A DNA stretch of 64,000 nucleotides from Prorocentrum cordatum (lineage: Eukaryota), in assembly GCA_963575745.1 (NCBI GenBank), contig CAUYUJ010000214.1:186001-250000 (forward strand), given 5' to 3'. Under the pieces are notes generated by a model. That model was not told where the DNA came from and made no database searches. It saw only the letters and a list, made by a program, of their open reading frames with translations. This document shows, in pieces, positions 13,165-26,700 of the stretch. How positions within the stretch are numbered: the first letter of the stretch is position 1; the number at the start of each line of letters is the position of its first letter. Both the position numbers and the translations under genes were made by a program.

Positions 13165-13279
13165 TCATCCCGCGTCGTCAGCGGGCGGCCCCGGGGCTCG
13201 AGAGCGGCCTCTGGAGGCAGACGGCGGTGGGAGAACACCTCGGACATGACATCGTCGGCGGGCGAGGGGGGGAAGTGAG

Positions 13280-13447
13280 AAGGGGGCTCAAGGGGGGAAG
13301 AACACACAGACACAGTGAATCGTCGATTCCCCAGAAAATGCGGGAAACTATGGGAAGTGGGGGGGGAAGACAAGAACCCAGAACATACAAGGAAATATTG
13401 GGAATTCTGTTATTTGTGTGCATTTAGTTGTGTGTTCCAGGGCCCTT
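13280..13447 (+). repeat. Dispersed ~150-bp repeat family E (also ~18265-18405, ~19262-19426, ~29900-30040)
   Basis: Shared CAGACACA..TCGTCGATTCCCCAGAA..ATGGGAAGTGGGGGGG..CCCAGAACATA..TGTGT..GGGCCCCTT. Confidence 0.75.
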
Positions 13448-13715
13448 TTGAGAGAAGGAGACGGCCTTCTCAGAATAGTTGGAAGTCCCCCGGCCATCTG
13501 CTGAGAAGCTTTCTAAGCCTTCCCCGAAGACAGAGACGACTTCTCAGCAGGCGCGAGGGCTTCTGAGAAGTCCCGCCGCCTTCTGAGAAGGCCTTCTCTT
13601 TCTCCTTTTCGTTTCCCCCCTCGCTCGCCGCCGGTGATCTATTCGAGCATCTGGGGTTTCGATTCGTCTCCGACCAAGCTCGGCTCCAGACCCATGGATC
13701 CCCTGCCTGGCCACT

Positions 13716-13917
13716 TATTATGATTATTATCATTATTATTATTTTTATTATTATTATCATTATCATCATTATTATTATTAGTAATAATATTATTATTGAT
13801 ATTATTATTATTGTTATTATTATTACTATTATTTAAATTATTATTATTATTATTATTATTATTATTTTATTATTATTATTCTTATTACTATAAAAATGAT
13901 GATAATTATTATTATTG
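13716..13917. repeat. (ATT)n microsatellite
   Basis: Directly visible. Confidence 0.95.
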
Positions 13918-14029
13918 TTTTTTGTATTAGTCGAGCTGCGAACACAGCCTGTGGCCACGACGGACTCCCGGCAGGTCCAGCAGGCTCGATCCTCGAACCT
14001 CGAAGCCCGAGGCATCGGGGTACGTATGG

Positions 14030-14166
14030 TTAAGTCGGGCATGTCCCTCTACAGGAGGCATAATCAAGCACAGTCAAGCAAATCGTGTGGGGATGATTTT
14101 CGACTATTTTTGAAAAGTGTTCGACTATTTCTATTTTCCCTCCGAAGTCCGCCTGTACGACATGTC
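14030..14166. mobile_element. hAT-like MITE family A, 3'-truncated copy
   Basis: Left TIR TTAAGTCGGGCATGTCCCTCTACAGGAGG preceded by ACGTATGG; right TIR incomplete. Confidence 0.65.
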
Positions 14167-14444
14167 TCCGGCGGCCCTTCGGGACGCTTCGGCCACCCCC
14201 GTAACGCTCTCAGCGAGGCGCAGCTGCCGGAACGCATCTGAGGCAGGAAGACCTCCAAGCTCCGCCCGAAAACGGCGGTCGGAAAGCCGATCCCCGATCC
14301 TCGACTCGAGGCCTCCCCCCCTACCTGCTCGCAGGTCTGGCAACCGCGAGGTCTGGGCACCCGTGTCTTCTCCCTGGCCTCCTGGGGGGCCCCCGGCCTC
14401 CCCGCCGCTCTCCCGGCGCCCGCCTGCGCGCTGGCTGCTCGCAG

Positions 14445-14770
14445 GCCTGGGAGCCTCGAGCTCGGGGCCTCGACTCGAGGCCTCCCCCCCTCACCTCCTC
14501 GCAGATCTCTGGGAACCTCGAGGCCTAGGCGAACGAAGAACGACGTGAGCATAAGAACCTCGAGCTCGGGTCCTCGGCTCGAGGCCTCCCCCCCCATCAC
14601 CTCCTCGCAGAGCTCTTGGGAGCCTCGAGGTCCAGGGGAACGAGGAATGACGTGAGCATAAGAACCTCGAGCTCGGGGCCTCGGCTCGAGGCCTCCCCCC
14701 CCTATCACCTCCTGGCAGAGCTCTTGGGAGCCTCGAGGTCCAGGGGAAACGAAGCATGACGTGAGCAGGC
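14445..14770. repeat. ~107-bp tandem repeat, about 3 copies, rich in CTCGAG
   Basis: ACGTGAGCA recurs near 14543, 14650 and 14758. Confidence 0.8.
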
Positions 14771-15344
14771 GAGCTCGGAGGGCCGCGCCGACCTCTCGGA
14801 GCGGCGCGGGGCCCCCCTCCCCGGCGCGCCTCCGCGCGCCGGGGGCCGCGCCCGAGGCGCCGCCAGGGGGGTCCAGCGCGGATCCGAGAGAAATCCGCGC
14901 GGACCTCCGAGTTCTCCCCTCCTTGGAGGAGGAGGAGGAGGAGGAGGAGGAGGAGGAGGAGGAGGAGGAGGAGGGAGGAGGAGGAGGAGGAGGAGAGGAG
15001 GAGGAGGGAGGAGGAGGGAGGAGGAGGAGGAGGAGAGGAGAGGAGGAGGAGGAGGAGGAGGAGGAGGATCAGGTCATCCTTCGCCCCCCTTTAGATCTGG
15101 GAACCTCGAGGTCTGGTTCCTCGCCCCCGCCCGGGAGGCGGCCCAGCGGGCGGCGGCGGCGGCCCGGTCGCGCCGGCCGCAGAGGTGCGCCCCCCCGTCG
15201 GGGCGCGGGGTCGGGCGGGGGCGCAGGGCGTGGCGCGAGCGCCTGGAGGCAGGGCCTCGTCCCCGGCCGGTGGGAGGGGAGAGGGAGCAGGAGGGACTGG
15301 AGAGGAGGAGGAGGAGGAGGAGGAGGAGCAGGAGGAGGAGGAGG

Positions 15345-15428
15345 AACATGGTGATGGTGACAACGATGACGACGACGATGATGATGCTGATGATGATGAT
15401 GATGATGATGATGATGCTGATGATGACA

Positions 15429-15488
<60 letters not shown>

Positions 15489-15505
15489 TTGATGATAATG
15501 GTATC

Positions 15506-15539
<34 letters not shown>

Positions 15540-15629
15540 GTGATGGTGATGATGATGGTGATGATATCGATGATGATGATGATGGTGATGATGATGATCA
15601 GGATGATGACGATGATGATGAGGATGATG

Positions 15630-15662
<33 letters not shown>

Positions 15663-17162
15663 CTCCTCATGATGATGATGTTGCACTGCAGCTCATGATG
15701 CTGATGATGATGCTCCTCATGATGCTCCTCGTGATGACGGTGGTGATAATGTTGCTGCTGCTGCTGATGATGAGGAGGATGATGCTTACACTGGCAATGG
15801 TCATGCTTTTGATGATGACGATGATACTGATCATGCCGATGCTGTTGATGATGTGATTTTGAGGAATATGCTGAATTGGAAAGTGACGATACTGATGCGG
15901 ATGATGATGCCGATACAGGTCTTACTGATGATGTTGTTGATGCTGATAGTGAAATTGAGGATGCTGCTGATGATGATGATACTGAGGATGAGGATGCAGC
16001 TGATGATGATGATGAAGCTGATGATGCTGATGATGACGATGATGCTGATGTTTACGATGATGGTCCTGATGATGGCGATGATGATTTGGTTAATGACGAT
16101 AATGCTGCTGTTGATGATGATGATGTTGGCATGCGAATGATAATGCTAGTGATGGCCATCATGCTGATGCTGATGATGATGGTTATATTGCTGATCATGA
16201 TGATGCTGATGCTGCTGTCGATGACGATGGTGTTGATGATGATGCAATATGATGTTGATGCTTATGATGATAATTTGGAAGGTGACGCTGGTGATGCTGC
16301 CGATGATAGGGTTGGTAATACAAGTGATGATGCTGATACTGAGGTTCATCGTGCTGCTATTGATGATGATCATGCTGATGATCTTGATGATGGTGATGAC
16401 GACGGTTGTGACGATGCTGCTGTGATGGCGATGCTGGTTATGATGTGGATGATGATGCTTTTGATGGTCATGATGCCGATGCTGATGCTGATGATGATGA
16501 CGACGATGGTAATGACGACGATGACGGTGTTGATGATGATGGTGATTCATACTCGGATGGTAAAGATGAGCTGCTGGTGCTGATAACGATGTTGATTGTG
16601 GTGAAGACGAGGATGAGGATGATTTCGACGATGATGATGATGATGATGATGATGATAATGATAATGATACTGATGATGAGGATGATGACGAGGATGGGAC
16701 GTACGGTGATGATGGTGATGATGCGTATGAGAATGATTATGTTGATGGGGATGATGATGATGATGATGAGGGTCAGGCTACGGATGGTGACAATGTCGAT
16801 GCTGATGGCAATGACGATGACGATGATGACGATGACGACGATGCTGATGATGACGATGATGATGATGATGATGATGATGTTGACGATGCTGATGATGAGG
16901 ATAAGGATGATGACCATGATGATGAGGGGGATGATGATAATGATGATGCTGATGATGATGTTGATGATGATCGTGAGCATGATAATGACGCTCATGACGA
17001 TGATCATGACGCCGATGATGACGATCATGGTGATGATGATGCTTATGATGATGCTGATGCTGCTGCTACTGCTGCTGCTGCTGATAAGGAGTATGATGAT
17101 TGTGCTGGTGATGATGCTGACAATGATGCTGATGCTGATGCTGATGGTGGTGGCGATGTTGT

Positions 17163-17206
<44 letters not shown>

Positions 17207-17371
17207 CTGATGCTGATGCTGATGCTGATGCTGATGCTGATGCTGATGCTGATGCTGATGCTGAGGAGGATGAGTCCGCCTGCTGCAGGAAGGCCTCGGG
17301 GGCGCAGCGTCCGCCACCGCTCCCGATCCTGATGGGCCCGGTTTCCACCACCTCTACCATAGGTTGGAGAG

Positions 17372-17437
<66 letters not shown>

Positions 17438-17438
17438 C

Positions 17439-17494
<56 letters not shown>

Positions 17495-17555
17495 GGAGGA
17501 GGAGGAGGAGGAGGAGGAGGAGGAGGAGGAGGAGGAGGAGGAGGAGGAGGAGGAG
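15345..17555 (+). repeat. Long degenerate (GAT)n tract ending in pure (GAT)n-(GAG)n
   Basis: Directly visible; frame slips exclude one continuous ORF. Confidence 0.9.
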
Positions 17556-18611
17556 GACCTCCTCATCCTCCCTTCTCCCGCGTCCCACACATGGTGGTGG
17601 TGGTGGAGCATTTGCCCAGCAGATCCCTGCTTCCTGCTCCTGCTTGTTCCTCAGGAGGCGGCGGCGCCATGGAGACAGGGCTCATTCCGACCTCTCCGAC
17701 TCGATGCGATTCCAGTTGCGAGCCGATGCGGCTTCGGGTTCCGACGTGGGCTGCGGTTCCTCCAAGGAGACCTTGCTGGCCTGCCGCTTTCCGCCGACCC
17801 GACTGCTGCCGACTTGGCTGTCAATTGCCGCCTATCGGACACATGTCGGTCGCCGAGAACCGACTTGCCGATTCGATTCTGGGCTACCCTGGTGGAGGAT
17901 TGACGCGCAGGGCGCGGCGCGGAGGTGCTGGCTGCGATGACCACGGGCAAGCGCACGTCGCCCCGACGCGGCGGCGCCCCGCCGCCGGCGATCCAGGCTG
18001 AACGCCGCCAGCGGCCCCGAATCGGCCAATATATGGAACGATCTGGCGATGGAGCAGCGGTCGATCGTTCAAGGCTGGACGATCCACGCGGTGTCGGAAA
18101 CCAACGCCGGGTTCGTCACGACACGAACCCGCCGTATGTGCAGGGAGGGCGGTCGGACTCGGCGTTGCAGCAGTCTGCGCGCCGTGTTGCTGCATGCTCT
18201 CACCCGAGAGCCGGTGTCGACCGCCACCCGCCTCGGCGAAGGCACGCGCCCAGCCCCGAAACACGCAGACACAATTCATCGTCGATTCCCCAGAACATAA
18301 AGGAAAATATGGGAAGTGGGGGGGAAGACAAAACCCCAGAACATATGGAAAATATGGGGTATATCTTTATTTGTGTGTACTTATTTGTGTGTCCTGGGGC
18401 CCCTTCACATGCGCAGTGGAACGGTCGGAGCGGTGCGGGGGCGGGCGGAGCCGAACCGCGGCTGCAGCAAGACGCCAGCCCGCGGGCGGCCAGCGCGCGG
18501 CTCGCGGGCAACACAGGCGGGGGGGCAGCGGCGTCCGCCCGCAGCTCCCGCGGCAGCCGACGCGGCGCCGACGCGGCGCACGGGGTGGGTGCTGGCCGCG
18601 CGATGCAAGCC

Positions 18612-18742
18612 CTCGGCATCGCTCGGACGTGTGAATTTTTCCTTCGGCGAGGACCATCGAGGAGCATCCTTGACTATTTGGCGAAAAAAACACGCACGAA
18701 ACCGAACAAAACATAGGGAATGGACGTCCGAGCGATGGCAAG
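18612..18742. mobile_element. MITE family F copy 2
   Basis: TIR CTCGGCATCGCTCGGACG / CGTCCGAGCGATGGCAAG. Confidence 0.7.
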
Positions 18743-19002
18743 AGCCACGGTGGGCCGCGGCGCTGTGCCAGCGTCCGGGTCCTGCCCCTGCTCCTGAGGA
18801 AGCCGCGGCTCCGAAATTTCCCCCCCCCCCCCCCCCCTTAACGTGCAAATGTTAATTGCTGCGTGCAGTGGTAGAGCCGAAGCGAAGCCATGTCCCCTGG
18901 GCCATGGCGTGCGGCTTCTGTTCGCAGGAGCGGCCAGCTTTCTGTTGATTGTGCGACCAGCTTGAGCTTCGGCGCTCATGCTCCTGCTGCTGCTTCTGCT
19001 GC

Positions 19003-19052
<50 letters not shown>

Positions 19053-20249
19053 GTGCTGCTGCTGCTGCTCCTCCTCCTCCTTCTCCTCCTCCTCCGCCGC
19101 GGAGCTCTGGCTGGTGCCCTCGGCACAGCCCCCGCCCCCTCGCGCAGGTGACCGCGCCGCCGCCGCGGACTTGGCGCCCCGCCGCTCGGCGCGCTGAGCG
19201 CGAAGCCCCCCGCGCCCGACGCTCGCTCCCTCGGCGGCGCGCACAAAGTTGGCAGGGGAAAATGCACACAGACACAAGTCATCGTCGATCCCCAGGAACA
19301 TGGGGGAAATTATGGGAAGTGGGGGGGGGACGACGCAAACCCAGAAAATAGGTGAACATACCGGAATCCTGGGATGTGTGTGTGTGTGTGTGTTCTTGTG
19401 CTTACTTGTGTGTCCCTGGGCCCCTTCAACGAAGTGGGCAGGGCGAGGCGGGCGGGCCTTCCTACCCGCGCCAGGCATCTCAAGCCACTACCCTGCCTGA
19501 CCAGGCACATCGTGGGCTCTTCGGGATGGTGCATGCGGGTCGTCATCTGTTGGATGGCGTGTCGCACCGCCAGTTCTGGCCCACCGCGCTGCGGCGCGAC
19601 ACGCTGTCCACTTCTCCCGGTCCCAAAGCTTCCACGATCCGAGCCGTTCCGAGCCCTCCGCCCCGCGGAGCGGAGCGACACGCTGTCCGCTCACAGGGCA
19701 TAGGCGTACCGCTGGGGCCGCCGCGGCTACACGCTGAGCAGCTGTCCCGGGCCGTAGGGCCACCGCCATGCCGGACCAGCGCCGTCCTGGGCCCTGGAGG
19801 ATCGTGCGTAGGTCCTCCCGGCCCCGGCCACCAGGGCGCATGCGCCCTGCCAGGGCCCAGGGTGGCCCTGGTCGGGCGCGCTGTTGCTGCACAGGTGCCT
19901 CTCGCGTGGCAGCGTGGAAAGGCCAGCGCGTGGCCTTCGGAGAAGGCGCCCCGCCACTTCGAGGCCCCGCCGCCCTCCAAGAGGCCTCCTTGGGCGCCTC
20001 GCAGAAGGGCCCCCCTTGCCTTCGGAGAAGGCCGCCATCCCAGCCCCCCTGCTGCCCTTGGGCGCGCCGCAGTCTCCGACCTCTCGCTCTCCGCCTCCTC
20101 CTGCCTCTGCCGCTGCTCCCGCTGTGGCTCCCGCTCCTGCTCCTCAACGAAGAGATCTGAGGACGCCTTCTCGTAGTTTTTCGGGAGTCATGACGGGCCC
20201 CTCACAGAGCCACGCCAAGCCGCCGTCGCCGCCGCGGCCGCTGCCGTCG

Positions 20250-20302
<53 letters not shown>

Positions 20303-21078
20303 CGGAGCCTCGCCTCCTCCATCTACGTTCGCCACCTGTCCAGTGGAGGCTCTGCCCTCCCCCCCCCTGCGCGAACCACGCTCAAGGCTCCTTCCGCCCC
20401 GATGTGCTTTGACGTTGTTCGGATTTCGAGCACGGGGCTCGCAGCGTTCTGAAATGCAACACAAGAGGACGTCTTAGGCCTGAGACCAACAAATCGGGCC
20501 TGGCTGGCGCAGCGGGCGAAAAGGATGGGCGCGAGGGCGACGCCAAGGACAGAGTGCCCGCAAGGGCAAAGAGTATGCGCCAGCCAGGGTGCGCTCCGCT
20601 GTGCCTTTGGCCTTCCATCGACCTGATCCATCAAGCGTCTGCTCGGGCTGCCCGAAGGCCCAGCGAGCCGTCAGTGCTACCGCTTGGAAGATCGGGCGGT
20701 TGTCGTCCTCCTCGTCGTTGCCCCGGCGGCTCCCGCCGCCCAGGAGGAGGAGGAGGAGGAGGAGGAGGAGGAGGAGGAGGGGAGGAGGAGCAGGAGGAGG
20801 AGGAGGAGGAGGAGGAGGAGGAGCAGGAGGAGGAGGAGGAGGAGGAGGAGGAGGAGGAGGAGGAGGAGGAGGAGGAGGAGGAGGAGAAGGAAGAGGAGGA
20901 GGAGGGGGAGGAGGAGGAGGAGGGGGGAGGAGGAAGAGGAACAGGAAGAGGAGGAGGAGGAGGAGGAGGAGGAGGAGGGATAATAGTAATACTCATACCA
21001 ATAATCAATAGTGAGACTCTTAGTAATACGAAAAAGAAGAATATTCATAATTCTAAGAATAAGAAGAAACAATGAAAC

Positions 21079-21115
<37 letters not shown>

Positions 21116-21419
21116 AAAATTAATAATAATAATATTAATAATCATAAGAAAACCAACAATATTATTGGAACGACGAAGTATTATACTAACACTGTTAGTA
21201 TGAAGAGTAAGATGCATAAACATTCGAATAACAATACTAAGAATAATTACACTACTCAGAAGAAGAGGAGGAGGAAGAGGAGGAGGAGGAGCAGCCCCTG
21301 CCTCTCTCCAGGGGCCCTCCACGGGGTCGAGCAAACCTGTGAGGGGGTGAGGCCCAAAGGTGCCGCCGCCGTCGACGAAACCGTGCCAGTGGTGAAGGTG
21401 TTGACCGACGAAATGGTGA

Positions 21420-21850
21420 TCTGGCACCCCCCTCCCTCCCCCCCTTGGAGTAGATATTGGCTGTTTTGGGCGCCTGTTTCGAGCAGGCGGAGTCCCTCCC
21501 CCATAGGACGCACTGTCGCAAACAGTCGCAGTAAGCAGAGGTTTGGCCAGCCAGACCCCCCCATCCTCCCCCTTTCCGCCTAATGTCGAAACGCTGAATG
21601 AAAAACGCTCACAAGGATCGTGCACGCCCGGATTTGCCGAGGCTGTGCATATGGCCCGCAGCTGCCCCACTGTCGTTATGCTGTTCCAGCCTGCTTTCGC
21701 CTTGATCGCCAGAAGGAATTCCAAGCACAAAGAAAACACCGAAACTTGAGGGTTTTCAAGTGTCGGGCCCTGGGAGGCGATACTCGTTCGACACTGTTTC
21801 GATACTTATCTGTGTGCTCGATTTTTTTCTGGGACGTGGTCCTGAAGTAC
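21420..21850 (+). repeat. Dispersed repeat family J (homologous to ~31455-31930)
   Basis: Colinear motifs GTTTCGAGCAGG..CCCCAT..GCAAACAGTC..TAAGCAGAGGT..CCAGACCCCCC..ATGTCGAAAC..TTCGACACTGTTTCG. Confidence 0.7.
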
Positions 21851-22232
21851 GATGGGAGCAACATCGCACTACGGGCCATCGACTGGCCGTGGGGCCTTGG
21901 ATACCTCTCCAACAGTTCGGCATCCCATGCCACCACGCCGTCGGGGGGGCAGTGCGACCAGTGCCGATGGCCACCGCGAGCTCGTGCTGCTGGTCGGGAC
22001 CCTCCGAGGGCCCCGTCGTTTCACCAGCCAGAGCGGGGAAGCTTTCTGTTTCCCTCGCATGTGGTGTTGCAGCGCGCAAGATTTCAAAATGTGGTCTTCC
22101 ATTGATTGATCGGAGCGGCTTGTTGGAGTCGGAACCCTTGTTACAATCGTGCAACATGCAGTGGGGTCCTGTGGGGGAGTTCCGGCTCCGCTACGACACG
22201 CGTGGGCGGATAGAGCAACACACAGCGTAGGG

Positions 22233-22379
22233 TCAAGTCGGGCCTGTACCTCTACAGGAGGAATATTCAAACATGGAGACGATTATTTGACCATTGTTGA
22301 GTATGTTTGGGATATGTGTTGACTATGTTTTAAACTTTTCCTACAACATCCGCCTCTCAGGGGGGCATGCCCGACCTAA
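22233..22379. mobile_element. hAT-like MITE family A with perfect 8-bp TSD GCGTAGGG
   Basis: GCGTAGGG|TCAAGTCGGGC ... GCATGCCCGACCTAA|GCGTAGGG. Confidence 0.85.
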
Positions 22380-23578
22380 GCGTAGGGGGGAAAGGGATGG
22401 GTGTGAGGGGCAGAGAAAGTCAGACACGGCGCGGGCACACTCAGCTTTTCCCTCCCCCCCTCCCCTCCCCTCGCCCTCCCCCCTCTCTCCCTCTCCCCCT
22501 CGCCCTCCACATCCCCCCCTCTGAGCAGTTAAGCGATATGAATACTACTCTCCTCTCTCCCCTGACTCTGTCCGGAGAGTGCCCCGTCCGCTCTGCGCAC
22601 TTATTGTTGTTCACGCGCAGGATTTCATGTTTTGTTTTTTCGGATGTGTTTTTTCAATCCGGTCGTTTCTGTTCTTCCAACATGGTGTTCCCGCTGCAGC
22701 GCCGCTCTCATTCCCGCGCTTCGGCCATTTGCTCTCGTGCTCCTGCTGCAGCGCTGGCCTCGTCCCCGCGCCTCCAGACGGCACTTGGTGTTCGAAAGTG
22801 CCCACATCGGGCAGGCACGGTTGCGGAGGACATGGAGCTGTCCTCTCGTAGACGGGCCGGGTGACTTGGACCAAGTCGTCGGGTGCCATGCCACGGCATG
22901 CAGTGTGACGTTGTGTTGTGCACCGCTGTGCGATGCCATGTTTTGCGTTGCTATGCTTTGTGATGCAATGCTTCACTGCGCAATGCCACGCCATGCTATG
23001 ACATGCTATGCTCTGCCGTGCTCTTCTACGCCATTCTTTTCCATCCATCGCGTACCCTCTTGGGATCACTGCCCTGCTCGATATCCGACTGCGCGAATAG
23101 ATAGGACATCTACGCCATGGTAAGGGATGGGAGGGAGGGGTAGGACGTCAGATGTGACGCTGGCGCGCCCAGCTTGCCCTCCCCCCTTCGCCTGCCCCCC
23201 CTCGCCCTTCGACAATTACTCAATATGAATACTACTCTCCCTCTTCCACTGATGACGGTTCGGTTTGAAAGTGGCCGACCCCCCCCCCCCGCGTATTGTT
23301 TTTTACACACAGGTTTCCCCGGAGTTGGGTTTTCGCCTGCATTTTTTTATGCTGCTCTCGCTGAGGCGCCGGCCTCATTTTCGGGCCCCGCTCGTTCCGA
23401 ATCGTGCTCCCGCTGCAGTGCTGGCCTCATTTCCGTGCTTCCGCTCGTTCTGAATCATGCTCCCGCAGCGCTGGCCTTATTTCCGCGCTTCCGCTCGTTT
23501 CGACTCGTGCTCCCGCTGCAGCGCTGGCGTCATTTCCCGTGCCATGCCACGGCGTGCAATGCAATGCTAGGTTGATGC

Positions 23579-23752
23579 TACGCTTTGCGGTGCTCTTCTA
23601 CGCCATGCCATGCCGTGCTCTACAATGCATCGCGTACCCTTTCGGGATCATTGCCCTGCTCGACATCCGACTGTGCGAGTAGAGAGGGGATCTGCGCCAT
23701 GGTAAGGGATGGGAGGGAGGGGTAGGATGTCAGATATGACGCGAGCGCACCT
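23579..23752 (+). repeat. Dispersed repeat family I (near-identical copy 42148-42322; diverged copy ~23000-23175)
   Basis: CTACGCTTTGCGGTGCTCTTCTACGCCATG...GGTAAGGGATGGGAGGGAGGGGTAGGATGTCA. Confidence 0.85.
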
Positions 23753-26700
23753 TCAGCCCCGCTCCCCCCTCGCCCTTCACCCTTCCCCCCTCGCCCTTCA
23801 CCCCCCCCTCGCCCCTCCCCCCCCGCCCCTTCCCCTCGCCCTCCCCCCGCCCCCCGCGCCCCCTCTCCCCCCTCTTCTCGCGCCGCCACTCCGCCGTCTC
23901 GCCTCGCCTCGTGCCAGGGGGCCACGCCCCTGCGCGCGGGGCGCGCGGAGGCTCGTCGAGGCAGCACCGAGCGCGCGCGCGGCCGGCGGCCCCCGGGGCC
24001 TAAAAAGGAGCATGCGGCGCGCGGGCGGCGCCGGGAGCGTCGGGGGAAGCGGTCCCCCACAAGGGAGCGTCGGGGAGGACACGGAGATTCCCAGACCTCG
24101 AGGTTCTCGGGCTTCCGAGGAGGAGGAGGAGGAGGAGGAGGAGGAGGAGGAGGAGGAGGAGGAGGAGGAGGAGGAGGAGGAGGAGGAGGAGGAGGAGGAG
24201 GAGGAGGAGGAGGAGGAGGAGGAGGAGGAGGAGGAGAGGAGGAGGGAGGAGGAGGAGGGAGGAGGAGGAGGAGGAGGAGGGAGGAGGAGGAGGAGGAGGA
24301 GGAGGAGGAGGAGGAGGAGGAGGAGGTGGAGGAGGAGGAGGAGGAGGAGGAGGAGGAGGAGGAGGAGGAGGAGGAGGAGGAGGGAGGAGGAGGAGGAGGA
24401 GGAGGAGGAGGAGGAGGAGAGGAGGAGGAGGAGGAGGAGGAGGAGGAGGAGGAGGAGGCCTCGAGTCGAGGATCGGGGATCGGCTTTCCGACCGTGGTCG
24501 GCGGTGCCTGGAGGTCTTCCTGCCTCGGGATGCGTGCCAGCAGCTGCGCCTCGCCGAGAGAGTCGCCGGGGTGCCCGACTCGTCCCGAACGGCCGCCAGA
24601 GACCCGAGTTGTGATCTGGAAGCCCAGGTCTCTGAGTTGTTTGTTTTGCTTGTTTTTTTGTTTTGCAGATCCTGGCGCTTTTCCTCGGTGTCGGCCTCCA
24701 GGGACGCGTTGCCAGGCCCTGGGGCCAGCAAACATGGATCCGGGAAGATACGCTGCCCCCGGGGGAGGGGTCGGGACCTCCGGGGGGCCGCGGGCTGAAA
24801 CGTCGTGGCGGCGGGTGTCTGGGTTGGCAGCACAGGAGGAAGACGAGGAAGAGGAAGAGGAAGAGACCCGCGGCCCCTCCCCGCCACCAGCAAGCAGGGC
24901 GCTTGCGAACGGGGATGCGAACTTGCCCTCGATCTCGCCACTGCTCTTCCGAGCCCGCCGCCCCGCGGAGAGCGGAACGACGCGCTGTCGGCGCGCGCAG
25001 GGCGTGCCGTGTCGTCGCCGCGGCCCGCCGCGGCACGCTGGGCGGAAGCTCTCGGCCGTACGCCCACGGGAGCACCTTTTGTCTGCGGCGAGGGCCTGCG
25101 GACAGCGCGTTGGGGCGGCCGGCGGGGCGCGCTGGGGCACGCAGGGGCGACACCGTGGAGGCCCGTGCCCGGAGGCACCCTGCTCGCCTCCAGGGTTCCG
25201 GGGAGGGAGGGAGGAGGAGGATGAGGAGGAGGAGGAGGAGGAGGAGGGGGAGGAGGGGGAGGAGGAGGAGGAGGGGGAGGAGGGGGAGGAGGAGGAGGAG
25301 GAGGAGGAGGAGGAGGAGGAGGAGGAGGATTGAAGCCGCCTCTAGGGCACCCACCATCGAGGCCTCTTCCCCTCGTCCCTTGCAGCTGTGCCCTGGTGTT
25401 CGTGGGTTTCGATGGTTTTGCCATGGACAGCGCGACGTTCCCATACCAAAAATCAATGGGCGCCCTGGGGTCTCAGGGTCCCTTGTGGTCGGGCCCTCAT
25501 TTTGGCAGCGCCAGAAGAGGCTGGCCGCGGATGACGAACGCGGGAGGAGGTACCGGGCGTCGACGAGGGTCGCCGCGAGGAGTGCGCGGGCGGCCTCCAG
25601 GCACCGGGGGGCCTGCGTATAGCCTAAGAGAGGTCATTCGTCTTGGTATCCCCCCCTTTTTCACCTGGCGGTGAAGAAGACTGGTCCGAGAAACTCGAGA
25701 GAAAGGGGGTCGAGGAGCTCAAGCGTCCTCAGGAACTGCGCGATACCGCGGGCACCCTGCTCGACGGCACCGAGATTCTCGAGAAGTGCGCCGCTTCAGG
25801 AGGAGGGTCTTCAGGAGGAACGGCTAGCTCCAGCGGGCGCGCGTGAGCGCGCCCGCTCGCGCCTGCGGCCGCACTAGCGAGGGCATCTCGGAGTGCAGGC
25901 CAGCGGGGCCTGCACCGACATAACTAAGCGTCGATTTTGAGCACCGACTGGCGGAGCAAGAAGACAGGAGACCGTACACATTCAGATGGACACCGCACCA
26001 TTGGGATGACGAGTTGAAAACGAGGGCCCCACAGAGACCATTCGAGCGTTCCCCAAGGGCCCCTCCCCCAAGGCCTCCCGAATAACCCCGTGACATCTAG
26101 CCCCTCCGACGTCCACCCCGCGCAGGATTGGTAAAGCAGGTGTTGACACGCAGTGGAACGACAGTGGGACATGACCAGCATCACAAATATGGGGGCCTCT
26201 CACACGCCGTGACCATTGTGGTATTGCTCGCCCCTGCCTACACGCCGACAGGAGGGGCTACTTCAGAGGTGTAGTTTGCCCACTGCAAAGAATTTTGATG
26301 CAGTGTGTTTCAGCACAGGGAATGTGTCGAACACTACATTACATGGTTTGGCCATCGACCAGCACGTCCAGGAAGCGAAGTGAGTCTAGAGAGGGAGGGG
26401 CTCCGTTCGAAACGTTAATCAGCCCTCCCCGCATAAGTTTGGCACTGAACGGGGCATCCTGCATTCCCTCCCTCCTCTCTCCGCCTGTGTCGTTGTGGAG
26501 CGGTCGCGTCGTCTTCCTCCCCCTGCTTGGGGGCCCTGCTCGCCCGGCGCGTTCCCCAAGGAGTGGGCACGCGAGAGGGCCAGCAGCTGCCCCCCCCCCC
26601 CGACACTGACCGACTCGCATTCGCAAGGTAGCGAGCCTCTCTTACGGGGCCTCTTCGGGGCTCGCTCCTTATAGCATCGGGGTACGCCCCCTGCCGGCCC

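Noticed and set aside
15185..17332. Poly-Asp/poly-Met/poly-His proteins from GAT tracts
   Set aside because: Codons are single-base variants of GAT with repeated frame slips, consistent with microsatellite decay rather than coding.
8820..20330. Minus-strand low-complexity exon candidates (~8820-9070, ~18960-19240, ~20040-20190)
   Set aside because: Coding-like composition, but no recognisable domain and no consistent splice chain could be built by eye.
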